From Myxococcota bacterium (GTDB taxonomy: Bacteria; Myxococcota_A; Polyangia; Nannocystales; Nannocystaceae): 64,000 bases of DNA. The notes beneath the pieces were generated by a model that searched no databases, was not told the origin of the DNA, and worked only from the letters and a program-made list of their open reading frames with translations. Below are positions 45,961-55,769 of this stretch, in pieces (positions within the stretch are counted from its first letter, which is position 1; every line of letters begins with the position of its first letter). The translations under genes were made by a program, and so were the position numbers. The DNA lies in assembly GCA_039028615.1 (NCBI GenBank), contig JBCCHT010000015.1, positions 160,001 to 224,000 of the forward strand, written 5' to 3'.

Positions 45961-46791
45961 CTACCGTCCGTAGAGCGCTCGAATCGCTCGCTTGTCGTCC
46001 GCGGTGAAGTCCGGCGCCAGCGGGTTGCCGAGATCGTAGCACGCGTTCATCAACGAAGGCCGTAGCGTGCCGTCGTCCTGCGGCGTGCCTTCGATCCACA
46101 CCACGCCCGCCTTGGTGTCATCGGGCGGTGTGCCATCGCCACCGCAGCTCACCACGCTCAGCGCATCCGTATGCCGTAGGCCGAACACGTGGCCAATCTC
46201 GTGCTGCCAGGCCATGACGACCTCGGCGTCGCTCAACGCCTGTTGCCTCAGGCCCACCCGGATCCGCTTGCCCGGCTTGCCTCCGGTCCCGGGCAGCAGC
46301 GATTTCCAGGCGTCGGAGTCGGGGAGGGCGACGGTCTCCACGACGTGATCGCAGGGACCCGGCGCTTGCCCATACACGTGCAGTCGGAACTGCAGCCCGA
46401 GACAGTTCCATCGCGCCATGGCGGCCTGGGCCATGTAGTAGAGGCGCGACTGGGCTTCACCCGCGAAGGGGCTCAGGTCGATGCACACGGTGGAGTAAAA
46501 GTCGGTGTCGACGCGGCGAAAGGCACGGTAGTGGCGGAAGCTCGTCTCGCCTTGTGCCGGCTCGAAGGTCTCGGCGTCGATGACCATGTCCCCCTGGAGG
46601 ATGACTTCGCCGTCGACGTACTCGATGTCTCGCTCGGAGTAGCCGGCGGCGAGCAGGCGCTGCGTGATTTCATCGGCGTCCGCGATGATCGGTGTCGGCT
46701 CGTCGTCCTCGAAGTCGCAGCCGCTCGCGGTGACGGAGGCCGTCAGAACCACGAGACGGGGGATGATGGTGTTCGACAGCGTGCGCAGCAT
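45961..46791 (-). CDS. M57 family (HEIGH) zinc metallopeptidase lipoprotein
   Basis: QGDMVI, HEIGHVFGLRHTD, WIEGTP, SLMNAC, FTADD..A...LY. Confidence 0.85.
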   Translation of the reverse strand: MLRTLSNTIIPRLVVLTASVTASGCDFEDDEPTPIIADADEITQRLLAAGYSERDIEYVDGEVILQGDMVIDAETFEPAQGETSFRHYRAFRRVDTDFYSTVCIDLSPFAGEAQSRLYYMAQAAMARWNCLGLQFRLHVYGQAPGPCDHVVETVALPDSDAWKSLLPGTGGKPGKRIRVGLRQQALSDAEVVMAWQHEIGHVFGLRHTDALSVVSCGGDGTPPDDTKAGVVWIEGTPQDDGTLRPSLMNACYDLGNPLAPDFTADDKRAIRALYGR

Positions 46792-47037
46792 CGGGACCTC
46801 CGCTCTTCCAAGGGGTCACCCTCCGCGCTTCGATTCATTCACGATTGCGCGTTCGCCTCGAAGGCTCCGGGCGAGCAGGGGTAGGGGATGACCCCTGGAT
46901 CGCGAACGAGCACGGGGGCGTGGGTCTCCGGGAGCGGTCTGCGCTGCGCTCGCCCGATCGTCGCGAGACGGCCAATGACGGCCCACTACGGACCATATGT
47001 TTGCCCGGGCCTCAGACCCGTGGGAGGCTTTGCGGCG

Positions 47038-48624
47038 ATGGACTTGGGCTTGCGTCGGGTTCGCCGGTCGATCTTGGCCTCGCTGGGCCTGTTGGCTGCG
47101 TGCGGGCCGAGTGTCTCGCTGGAATCCGGTGATGGCGCCGGAAGTGGCGACGATGGCGCAATGAACGAGGGCAGCACCAGTGCCCCCACGAGCACCAGTC
47201 CGTCCACTTCGCCCACCTCCGACGATGGCCCCGTGGGCTCCGGGGACGAGGCCTCCGACGATGGCCCCGTGCCCGTCGATCCGTGCCCGGACGGCACTCC
47301 GATCCTCCAGCGGGACGTCGACGGCTCGGTGCCCACCGGGTTCGAGCTGTGTGGTGACGGTTCCATCCATCGCGTGAGCGCGGTCGCCTGCGACGACCCG
47401 ATGCCGCGCGGAGACGCTTGCACGCTCGAGGGCCAGTCCTGCGAGGTCGATGCCGACTGCAATGCCGCGCCGCACGGGCGTTGTCTCGAGATGTGGGGCC
47501 AAAAAGACCTGACCTGCGGGTGCCAGTACGGCTGCGAGAGCGATGCCGACTGCGACGCCAACGAGATGTGTGCCTGCGGGGGCGAAGAAAACGGATACCC
47601 CGGGCAGTCGACCTGCATCCCCACCGAGTGCGCGAACGATGACGCCTGCGGGGACGCGATGTGCCTGCTCGGCTTCGGTGACGACGGGTGCTCGCTGTTC
47701 TTCGCTGGAGCCTGTGCCACCGCCGACGACGAGTGCGCGTCGACCAACGACTGCTCCGACTTTGCGAACTGCTGGCCGTCGAGCGAGGGCAACTGGACCT
47801 GCGAGGACTTCTGCTGCTGCGGCCGACCGCTGCTGGTGGCGGGACGCCCGGTGACCGCCGCGGCCGTGCCCCGGGACGACTGGACGGCGGGTCCGCGTCC
47901 CGATGCGCTCGAGCTGTCGCCGATGTTGCGGCGCCGGGTCGCCGAGTACTTCGTGCAGGCGGGGCAGCTCGAGCACGCCTCCGTCGCGTCCTTCGCCCGC
48001 TTCACGCTCGAGCTGATGAGCGTGGGCGCTCCGCCCGAGCTGTTGGTGGCCGCCCAGCAAGCCGGCCTCGACGAGATCGACCACGCGCAGCGATGCTTCG
48101 CCCTCGCGTCGCATTACGGCGCGCGGCCGCTGGGTCCAGGACCGCTGGCCACGGCGGGGGCCGTGCCCGCGGCGACGCTCGAAGAGGTCGTGGTCGCGGT
48201 GATCGAAGAGGCCTGCATCGGCGAGACCCTGGCCGCGATCGAGGCCCGGGCGGCGTTGGCCCATGCCACCGTGCCCGCAGTGCGGGAGACGCTGGAGGTC
48301 ATCGCGGCCGACGAGCTGCGACACGCCGAGCTGGGCTGGCAGACCCTGCGCTGGGCCCTGGAGGTCGCCGACGAGACCCTACGGATGCGTCTGCTGGCGC
48401 GGCTCGAGCTGGCCATCGACAAGGCCGAGCACGACCGGCCGATCTCCATGGTCGACCACGATCGCGACGCGTTGTGCCGCCACGGCCTGCTCGACCCGGC
48501 CCAGCGTCGCGAAGCGCATACCGGGGCGATCGCCGAAGTCCTGCGGCCCTGCGCAGGTGCGCTGTGGGAGCAGTACGCTGCGGTGGCACCCGGCGACGAA
48601 GCCCCTGTACCTACGCGGGGCTGA
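47038..48624 (+). CDS. Cys-rich lipoprotein with C-terminal ferritin-like domain
   Basis: LAA-C lipobox; Cys-rich repeats; CGRP then EHASVASFARF, DEIDH, EEACIGET, DELRH diiron-type motifs. Confidence 0.85.
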   Translation: MDLGLRRVRRSILASLGLLAACGPSVSLESGDGAGSGDDGAMNEGSTSAPTSTSPSTSPTSDDGPVGSGDEASDDGPVPVDPCPDGTPILQRDVDGSVPTGFELCGDGSIHRVSAVACDDPMPRGDACTLEGQSCEVDADCNAAPHGRCLEMWGQKDLTCGCQYGCESDADCDANEMCACGGEENGYPGQSTCIPTECANDDACGDAMCLLGFGDDGCSLFFAGACATADDECASTNDCSDFANCWPSSEGNWTCEDFCCCGRPLLVAGRPVTAAAVPRDDWTAGPRPDALELSPMLRRRVAEYFVQAGQLEHASVASFARFTLELMSVGAPPELLVAAQQAGLDEIDHAQRCFALASHYGARPLGPGPLATAGAVPAATLEEVVVAVIEEACIGETLAAIEARAALAHATVPAVRETLEVIAADELRHAELGWQTLRWALEVADETLRMRLLARLELAIDKAEHDRPISMVDHDRDALCRHGLLDPAQRREAHTGAIAEVLRPCAGALWEQYAAVAPGDEAPVPTRG

Positions 48625-48852
48625 GGGCTCTGCGAGCGGCGCCGAGAGGCCCAATCGACCACGTTGGGTCGAACGGTTTTCGGAGTCGATCGAGCCCGTC
48701 GCCGACTCGCGACGGCCCGTGGGTCCCGGCGATGGGTGGGTCCCGCGGTGCATCGACGGTTCTTTGGAACCTCGCGCGTTTGCACTCGTGACAGTCGGTG
48801 GGCGGGCCCCTCGATGACTACGCGATACTCAGCATGGATGACACGAACCCCG

Positions 48853-49815
48853 ATGGTGCACTCGGTCTCGGCCGGCTTGGTCGTGGTCCTCGTGTTCGGC
48901 CCGGCGGCGTGCGGGGTGCAGCCCGCATCGGTGGCCCCGGCCTCGTCGAACTCGGCCGAAGAGGCGGCGACGCCCAAGCCGGCGACTCCCGAGTCCGAGC
49001 CGGAACCCGAGCCTTCGTCGGGCGCCGAGTCGGCTCCGTCCGAGAGCGCCGACGCGGCGGAGGATGCCGTCGCGAAGGCCGAGCCCGTAGCTCCGCCTCC
49101 CGCTCCCGAGGGGATGGTGCTCATCCCCGCGGGCCCTTTTATCATGGGCCCGGGCGACTGGGATCGGGCAACGAAGGTCTACACCCCGCCCACCGACCGC
49201 GTGCATCTCGATGCGTACTACATGGACCGGCTCGAGGTCAGCGCGGGAGCGTACGCCGAATGCGTGGACGCGGGCGGTTGCCGTCCCGCCACGCGCACGA
49301 ACTATTGGTGCACCGCGCCCAAGGGCAAGAAGCTCGCCAACCACCCCATCAACTGCCTCGACTGGGAGGACGCGAGGGCCTATTGCGAGTGGGCGGGCAA
49401 GCGTCTGCCCACCGAGCTCGAGTGGGAGAAAGCCGCCCGCGGTGAGGATGGCCGCCGCTTCCCTTGGGGCAACGAGCGCGTCCGTGACGTCGTCCAAGAG
49501 CGCCCCAAACAATGCCGTGGCCTTCGCACCGTGCCGCGCGACTGCTCGCCGTGGGACGAGTCGCCCTACGGGTTGATGGACATGGCGGACAACGAGTCCG
49601 AGTGGGTCATGGCGTGGCCGGAGACGGTCGAACTCACCGAGGGGCTCCGGCCCGAGGACGCGACCGAGGTCGGGTTTCGTGGGGGCTCGTGGAACGTCGG
49701 CGCCAACTGGTGGGGCGGCGTGGGCACGCGCCACCACGGGGTGGCCCCCAACAAGCGCTTCGAGATGTACGCGCCCTGGGGGATGCGCTGCGCGCAGAGC
49801 ATCCCGGGCGCGTAG
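48853..49815 (+). CDS. Formylglycine-generating enzyme (SUMF1/FGE-sulfatase) domain lipoprotein
   Basis: GMVLIPAGPFIMG, HPINCLDW..A..YCEWAGKRLPTELEWEKAARG..FPWG, SPYGLMDMA.N.SEW, RGGSW. Confidence 0.9.
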   Translation: MVHSVSAGLVVVLVFGPAACGVQPASVAPASSNSAEEAATPKPATPESEPEPEPSSGAESAPSESADAAEDAVAKAEPVAPPPAPEGMVLIPAGPFIMGPGDWDRATKVYTPPTDRVHLDAYYMDRLEVSAGAYAECVDAGGCRPATRTNYWCTAPKGKKLANHPINCLDWEDARAYCEWAGKRLPTELEWEKAARGEDGRRFPWGNERVRDVVQERPKQCRGLRTVPRDCSPWDESPYGLMDMADNESEWVMAWPETVELTEGLRPEDATEVGFRGGSWNVGANWWGGVGTRHHGVAPNKRFEMYAPWGMRCAQSIPGA

Positions 49816-49816
49816 C

Positions 49817-51370
49817 TCATTCGCCCGCGAGGGGCTGGCCGGCGGCCTGTCGGGCGAGCAGCGTGGCGATGCGGTCTTGCACCTTGCGCGCGCGCCCAGT
49901 GTCGCTGCGTCGCAGTCCGTTGAGCAGGATGGAGAACGCGATCGGCTTGCGCCCGGGCGCACCCGCGTAGCCGGACAGGGCCGAGACCCCGTCGAGGGTG
50001 CCCGTCTTCACGCGGACCCAGCCTTCGTGCGGGGTGTCGCGCAGGCGGCTGCGGGTCGTGCCGTCGACGCCCATGATCGCCAGTGAGGCCAAGTAGTCCG
50101 GGCGCAGGCGGATGTCGTCGTAGACCGAGCCCAGCAGCGCGGTGAGCTGCGCGGGGCTGACCCGGTTGGTGTCGTACAGGCCCGAGCCGTTGCCGAGCTT
50201 CAGGCCATCGGTGGGCACGCCGCGCGACGCGAGGTGCTCGACCACGCGCCCGAGCGCGCCCTCGAAGGTGGCGGGCTTCGACGCGACGTCGATGGTCTTG
50301 AGGATCTGCTCGGCCATGAAGTTGTTGGAGAACTTGTTGACCGAGCGGATCAGGACGCCGAGCGGGGCCGAGTTGTGGGCGGCGACGCGCTCGGCTCGGC
50401 GGGGCACCTTGCCGAACTTGATCTTGCTGCGCCCGACCTTGATGCCGTGGCGCTCGAGCATCAGCTTCCACAGCTCGCCCGCGTAGCGCGAGGGGTCGTC
50501 GACGGGATAGCGAAAGGCAGTGGCGCTGGAGTCGATGCCCAGGGTGCCGCGCAGGCCCAGCTCGATCTTGCCGTCCTTGGCCTCGTAGTCGGCCAGCAGC
50601 TTGCGGTGCCCGCCCGCCTCGGTGACGGCGCTGACCGACAGCTTGATGCCATCGACGGGCGGCGCGACGCCGGCGAAGGGCGTGCCGCCCACCGCATCGG
50701 CGGGGCGCACGTGGACCTCGAAGGTGTTGAAGTTGACGACGGTAGCTCCGCTGGGCGCCCGGTAGGCGGCCAGCTCGGTCTTCTGATCGAAGCCGGGTGG
50801 CAGCTCGTCTTGGTCGAAGGCGGTAGCGTCGACGACGATGCCCCCGGTGATGCGCTTGATGCCCCGCGCCCGCAGCTTGCCCGCGAGCTCGTAGAGGTTG
50901 GCGGTGACCAGGGCGGGGTCGCCGTTGCCCTGCAGGTACAGGTCGCCCTTGATGGTGCCCCCCGAAAGCGTGCCCTCCTTGCGATACACGCCGGTCGTGT
51001 AGCGGTGGGCGGGGCCGAGGATACCGAGCGCGGCGGCGGTGGTGACGAGCTTGACGTTGCTGGCCGGGTTCAGCGGGACGTCGTCACCCCGCTGGTACAG
51101 CACCTCGCCCGACTCGAGGTCGACGACGGAGATGCCGACCTGGGCCTCGGCGAGGAACGGGGCCGACAGCGCGTCGTCGATGAGCTCGGTGAGGCTGGGC
51201 GAGTCCGGGGCCCGCGCCTCGGTGGCGACGGTGGTCGCGGTCGCCGAGTGGGCCTGGGCCAGGGCGGGGCGTTGGCTGGCCCCCGCGGCCAGGGCGACGG
51301 CAGCCAAGGCGAGGCCGCGCAGCAGGGCGGAGCCGCGAAGGCGGAGGGAGGTTCGGACGGGAGTGCGCAC
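49817..51370 (-). CDS. dacB: D-alanyl-D-alanine carboxypeptidase/endopeptidase (PBP4, S13)
   Basis: PASNVK (SxxK), GNGDP, SNN, NGSGL, KTGTL. Confidence 0.95.
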   Translation of the reverse strand: MRTPVRTSLRLRGSALLRGLALAAVALAAGASQRPALAQAHSATATTVATEARAPDSPSLTELIDDALSAPFLAEAQVGISVVDLESGEVLYQRGDDVPLNPASNVKLVTTAAALGILGPAHRYTTGVYRKEGTLSGGTIKGDLYLQGNGDPALVTANLYELAGKLRARGIKRITGGIVVDATAFDQDELPPGFDQKTELAAYRAPSGATVVNFNTFEVHVRPADAVGGTPFAGVAPPVDGIKLSVSAVTEAGGHRKLLADYEAKDGKIELGLRGTLGIDSSATAFRYPVDDPSRYAGELWKLMLERHGIKVGRSKIKFGKVPRRAERVAAHNSAPLGVLIRSVNKFSNNFMAEQILKTIDVASKPATFEGALGRVVEHLASRGVPTDGLKLGNGSGLYDTNRVSPAQLTALLGSVYDDIRLRPDYLASLAIMGVDGTTRSRLRDTPHEGWVRVKTGTLDGVSALSGYAGAPGRKPIAFSILLNGLRRSDTGRARKVQDRIATLLARQAAGQPLAGE

Positions 51371-51439
51371 CGTAGATCAGGCTACCCCAGCGGCCGGCAT
51401 GGCCGCGAGAGGGCAGGGCCCCGGCTACGTGCGACCGCG

Positions 51440-52777
51440 TCAGTGCATTCCGAGGGGAAGCGATTGCTCGCCGTCGGTGGCGGGGACCGGCGTTCGCAGG
51501 CCGAAGGGCTCGGGCAGGCCGGCCTCTTCCGCTTCGGGCACGTCGAGGCACTCCCCGGTGGAGAGCCGATGCAGCGCCACCGCCAGCGAGGTCTCTTCGG
51601 GATCGCCCAGGTCGCGGGTGAGATCGTCGGGCGCGGGACAGTCGACGCTCAGGCCATCGAAGTAGTTGCCGTAGTCGTCCGCGTTGAGCACCTGGAAGGT
51701 GATGGGGCGGGCGATCGAGTCGCAGAACTCGAAGTGCTTGGAGCCGACCGGCTTGCCCCCGGTGTCGTCGCCGACGATGGACACGGGGATGTGCGCGGCC
51801 ACCCCGTTGATGAGCAGCTCGCTCGCCGAGATCGAGGTCCCGGTGGTGATGAACACGACGTGGTCGACCTCGGTCAGCGAGTTGTCGAGCCGGGAGAGCG
51901 TGCGGTTGGTGTTCTCCGCCGCCAGCGCGTCGTTGTACATGACCTTGTAGGCGGTGCGCCCCTCCGCCACGCCGCCCGCGAGCAGGTGCATGAAGTGGCG
52001 GGCGACCGAGACGAGGCCGCCGCTGTTGTAGCGCAGGTCGACGACCACCTGGCGCACGTCGGCCGCCCGAAAATCACCGAAGGCGGCGTTGAGCTCTTCG
52101 GGGCCAGAGGACAGGAAGCTGGCGAAGTAGATGTAGCCGACCGGCTGCCCGTCGTGCTCGAGGATGTCGTGGAGGGGGACGGTCTCGATGTCGATCCAGT
52201 CCTTGGTGAGCGACACGGGCAGGACCTCGCCATCGGCTTGCTCGAGCTGGATCTCGACGGTCACCCCGGGGACGTTCTCGCCGTAGATGTCGCCCCACAG
52301 CGACTCTTCGTCGATGCGCTCGACGGCGAGGCCGCCCACCGACTGCACGATGTCACCGCGGCGCATGCCGAGCGCGGACGCGGGCGAGTCGTTTTTGATC
52401 TCGGCCACGACCACGCGACCTTGGGGGTCGCGGCGCGTTCGGAAGCCGGTACCGACCTGCTTGCCCTCTTGGAACAGCGCATTGGTGGTGACCTTGTCGG
52501 AGATACGGCTCCAGCGGTCGGGCTCGACGCGAAGGTCGGCCATGAGGGCCTGCGGCGTCTCGTACTCGAGCGGATCGACCTCCGGCATCTCGTCGGCGAA
52601 CAGGTACATCCGCTGCATCAGCGAGTAGACCCACTCGTTTTGGTCGGGTATCTCGCAGCTGCGCGGGCCGGCCACGTCAAAGGGATCGTCGGGCGCACAC
52701 CCGGACGACAACATCCACCCCAGCGATGCCGCGAGCACCGCCGAACTTCGCCACCAGTTTTTCATCTTCTCTGCCAT
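51440..52777 (-). CDS. S41 family peptidase lipoprotein with PDZ domain
   Basis: DLRYNSGG, SISASEL, GDDTGGK; lipobox SSG-C. Confidence 0.9.
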   Translation of the reverse strand: MAEKMKNWWRSSAVLAASLGWMLSSGCAPDDPFDVAGPRSCEIPDQNEWVYSLMQRMYLFADEMPEVDPLEYETPQALMADLRVEPDRWSRISDKVTTNALFQEGKQVGTGFRTRRDPQGRVVVAEIKNDSPASALGMRRGDIVQSVGGLAVERIDEESLWGDIYGENVPGVTVEIQLEQADGEVLPVSLTKDWIDIETVPLHDILEHDGQPVGYIYFASFLSSGPEELNAAFGDFRAADVRQVVVDLRYNSGGLVSVARHFMHLLAGGVAEGRTAYKVMYNDALAAENTNRTLSRLDNSLTEVDHVVFITTGTSISASELLINGVAAHIPVSIVGDDTGGKPVGSKHFEFCDSIARPITFQVLNADDYGNYFDGLSVDCPAPDDLTRDLGDPEETSLAVALHRLSTGECLDVPEAEEAGLPEPFGLRTPVPATDGEQSLPLGMH

Positions 52778-52865
52778 TACGGTACCACGTCGATTTGCGA
52801 TCGGATCCGGCAGCTGGGCCGGCGCGATTCGTTTGGGATGGATTGTCGCGGTATGCTCGTGGCCG

Positions 52866-55160
52866 ATGCGTGCAACGAGGTCTTGGCGCTCGCAGCGTCG
52901 TCGCACCGCCGCCACCCGTTGGTGCTTCGCCGGCATCATGGCGACCGGCGTGGGGCTGCACGCGGGCGTCGTGGGGGCAGCGGGACCCACTGACGACGGC
53001 CCGACCGCGCTGCGGCCCGCGGACCTTCGCGTGGCGAACGTGCAGGCTCTGCCGCTTTCGGCCGATCTCGCCGGGGGCACGGTCGAGCGACGCGAGCTGT
53101 CGATGGATGGCCTCCTGGTTCGCGGAGCGTACGAAGTCGTGCGGACCGATCCGGGCGGCCACACCGAAATGATGTCGTCCCGCTACCCGAGCGCGACTCC
53201 GCAGCTGCGTCCGGCCGATGCCCGCATCGACGCTGTGGCGGTGCCGGGCCTCATCGCGGCCAGCCGCGCCATGGGAGACGAGCCGCAGCTCGAGGAGCCG
53301 CCGCAGCTGGTCTACCTGATGATGCTGGGCCAGCCGGTGCTGGCGTGGGAGGCCCAGGCCGAGCTGACCCTGTTCCCCGAGCCCTCGCGTCGCACCTACT
53401 GGATCAGCGCCGCGACCGGTCGGGTGCTCGAGGAGGTCGAGCAGGTCCGCACCAGCCGGGCCCGGATCTTCGCCGAGAACCCCTCCATCACCCCGGAGCC
53501 CATCGAGCTCGAGCTCATCGACCTCGATGTCGACGAGGCGGGGCACCCGCTGGTCGGCGACCGGGTGCAGGCCTTCAACTGCCTGGGGGTCGAGACCGCC
53601 GAGGTCTCGCCGTGGTGGGACGAAAACGAGTGCTGGCCGCTCCAGACCGTGTTCTCCGACGAAAACGGCGACTTCTTCGTCGACCTGCCCGACGTGGTGC
53701 AGATCGAGGACAACATCGACGGCCAGGACCGCTACGCCGAGCTTTCGATGTACGTGCACAGCGAGATCTTCCTCGCCACCATGCGCGACAACGGCGTCGA
53801 GGAGTTCAAGTGCGAGTTCGCCTCGATGCTGGCCAACGTCCGCACCTTCGAGGACGGCGCGCCCGACTACAGCCCGCTCAACAACGCCTTCTACACCAAC
53901 CAGTGTGATCCCGAGCGCGGGCCCACGATGATGTTCGGGCAGGGCTCGGAGGTCGACTTCGGCTACGACGCGGACGTCATCTATCACGAGCTCGGCCACG
54001 GCATGGTGGCGCTGTTGGCCCCCGAGGGGCTGTCCGGGCGACGGCTGCGGTCGGATGGCTCGCTGGTCGACGCGTCGGGCATGAACGAGGCGCTGGCCGA
54101 CTACTTCTCGGTCATGGTCACCGACGACCCGCACCTGGCCGACTACGTCGGGCGGTTCTGGTCGGCCACGGGCCGGCCCTTCATTCGCGACGCCGAGAAC
54201 GACAAGACCTGTCCCAACGACACGGTGGGGCAGGTGCACAACGACGGCGAGCCGTTCATGGCCGCGCTGTGGGCCACGCGCAAGCGCCTCGATGACGACG
54301 GCGTGCGGGCGCTGGACCGGGCGGTGATCGAGGCGCTCATGCGCATGGCTCCCGACTCGTCGCTCGAGGAGGGCGCAGCGCTGGTCATCGAGATGGCCGA
54401 GCGCGCTCAGCTCGAGGGCGGGCTCGACTCCGACGCGGTCGACCTTTTGCGGCGCTCGTTCGATGCCCGGGGGCTCATCGACTGCCCGCGGGTCATCACC
54501 GATCCGCGCGAGGTGAGGGACGGGCGCAGCATCTATCTGCGGCGCATGGACGCGGCGGTCCATCCCTTCTATCCGGGGCCGATGCAGCTGCGCTACGAGG
54601 TCCCGGCCGACGCCGACGACATGGTGATGACCTTCGCCCTGCGACCGCGCGGATCCTCGGATCCGGTCGAGGCCACGGTGCTGGTCAAGCACGGCGACGA
54701 GCCCATCTCCTACGAGTATCAGCTGGTGTCGGTGGACGACCCTCCGCTGGAGCCCCCCGAAGAAGGCGAGGACCCGGGGGACCCCGTGCGCGAGCTGGTG
54801 CTCGTGACGGGCGACTGGGACGTCGAGCTGACGCCCTTCGAGGTCACCGAGAGCGATTACATCGTGGAGCTGGGCGGGCTCGAGCCGGGCGAGGTGGTGC
54901 ACGTGGCGCTGGCGAACATCAGCCCCACCGAGGCCATCGCGTCCAGTTTCATGATTCGGTCGTCGACCGAGCTGCCCTCGGACGACGAAGGCACGGGCAC
55001 GGACGGCGGCTCGGAGACGGGTGTGCCCGCGGCGGTGGACGAGGTCGACGCGGAAATCGGGCAAGCGAGCTGCGCCTGTCGGGGCTCGGGCTCGGTGCCC
55101 GCGGGCGCCTGGTGGGCCGCGCTGCCTTTGCTCGCGCTGCGACGGAGGCGACGGGCATGA
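52866..55160 (+). CDS. M4/M36 thermolysin-like metallopeptidase with MYXO-CTERM sorting signal
   Basis: NNAFY, DVIYHELGH, GMNEALADYF, VHNDG; C-terminal SCAC..AWWAALPLLALRRRRRA; start uncertain. Confidence 0.85.
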   Translation: MRATRSWRSQRRRTAATRWCFAGIMATGVGLHAGVVGAAGPTDDGPTALRPADLRVANVQALPLSADLAGGTVERRELSMDGLLVRGAYEVVRTDPGGHTEMMSSRYPSATPQLRPADARIDAVAVPGLIAASRAMGDEPQLEEPPQLVYLMMLGQPVLAWEAQAELTLFPEPSRRTYWISAATGRVLEEVEQVRTSRARIFAENPSITPEPIELELIDLDVDEAGHPLVGDRVQAFNCLGVETAEVSPWWDENECWPLQTVFSDENGDFFVDLPDVVQIEDNIDGQDRYAELSMYVHSEIFLATMRDNGVEEFKCEFASMLANVRTFEDGAPDYSPLNNAFYTNQCDPERGPTMMFGQGSEVDFGYDADVIYHELGHGMVALLAPEGLSGRRLRSDGSLVDASGMNEALADYFSVMVTDDPHLADYVGRFWSATGRPFIRDAENDKTCPNDTVGQVHNDGEPFMAALWATRKRLDDDGVRALDRAVIEALMRMAPDSSLEEGAALVIEMAERAQLEGGLDSDAVDLLRRSFDARGLIDCPRVITDPREVRDGRSIYLRRMDAAVHPFYPGPMQLRYEVPADADDMVMTFALRPRGSSDPVEATVLVKHGDEPISYEYQLVSVDDPPLEPPEEGEDPGDPVRELVLVTGDWDVELTPFEVTESDYIVELGGLEPGEVVHVALANISPTEAIASSFMIRSSTELPSDDEGTGTDGGSETGVPAAVDEVDAEIGQASCACRGSGSVPAGAWWAALPLLALRRRRRA

Positions 55161-55732
55161 AGGGCCTGGTCCGGCTGGCGCGGGCGCTGTGCGTGCTCGC
55201 GCTGGGGGTGATCATCGTGGCGCCCAACCTGCCGAAGGAGTGGATCGGAGACTGGCCCTCCACCATCGTCAGCTACGGCCGCAAGGTCAGCTTCGTGCAG
55301 CGCTGGAAGATGTACGCGCCCAACCCCCAGCGGGCGCAGACGTACATGAACCTCACCGCTCACTTCGCCGACGGCAGCACGGCCGACCTCGAGGAGACCC
55401 TCCAAGAGCGCGACGGCTGGGGCCGCACCTTCGCCTGGAACAAGACCCGGGTCGACATCTGGCGGCACTACGCCAACTTCAATCCCAAGCGCGCCAACGA
55501 TCATCGCAAGTGGTACCTGCGAGCGGTGTGCGTTCGCGAGGCGCGACGCGGCCGGATGCCCGACAAGATCGTGATGGAGCAGGTGACCCGTCGCTTCGCC
55601 CCGCCCGACAAGGTCGCAGCCGGTCGGCGCGGCCTGGGCCGTCCCCGACGACGCCTGGTGACCGTGGGCTACTGCAAGGTCAAGCGCGTCCGCGACATGC
55701 TCGAGGCCGATCCCGTCCTGGCCCAGGGCTAG
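55157..55732 (+). CDS. SdpA/DUF5819-like protein
   Basis: ATGA overlap with the peptidase; N-terminal TM; FVQRWKMYAPNP motif; two Cys. Confidence 0.65.
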   Translation: MKGLVRLARALCVLALGVIIVAPNLPKEWIGDWPSTIVSYGRKVSFVQRWKMYAPNPQRAQTYMNLTAHFADGSTADLEETLQERDGWGRTFAWNKTRVDIWRHYANFNPKRANDHRKWYLRAVCVREARRGRMPDKIVMEQVTRRFAPPDKVAAGRRGLGRPRRRLVTVGYCKVKRVRDMLEADPVLAQG

Positions 55733-55769
55733 CCCCGCCTGCGGCCATACCTGCTACGCTTCCCCGCCC

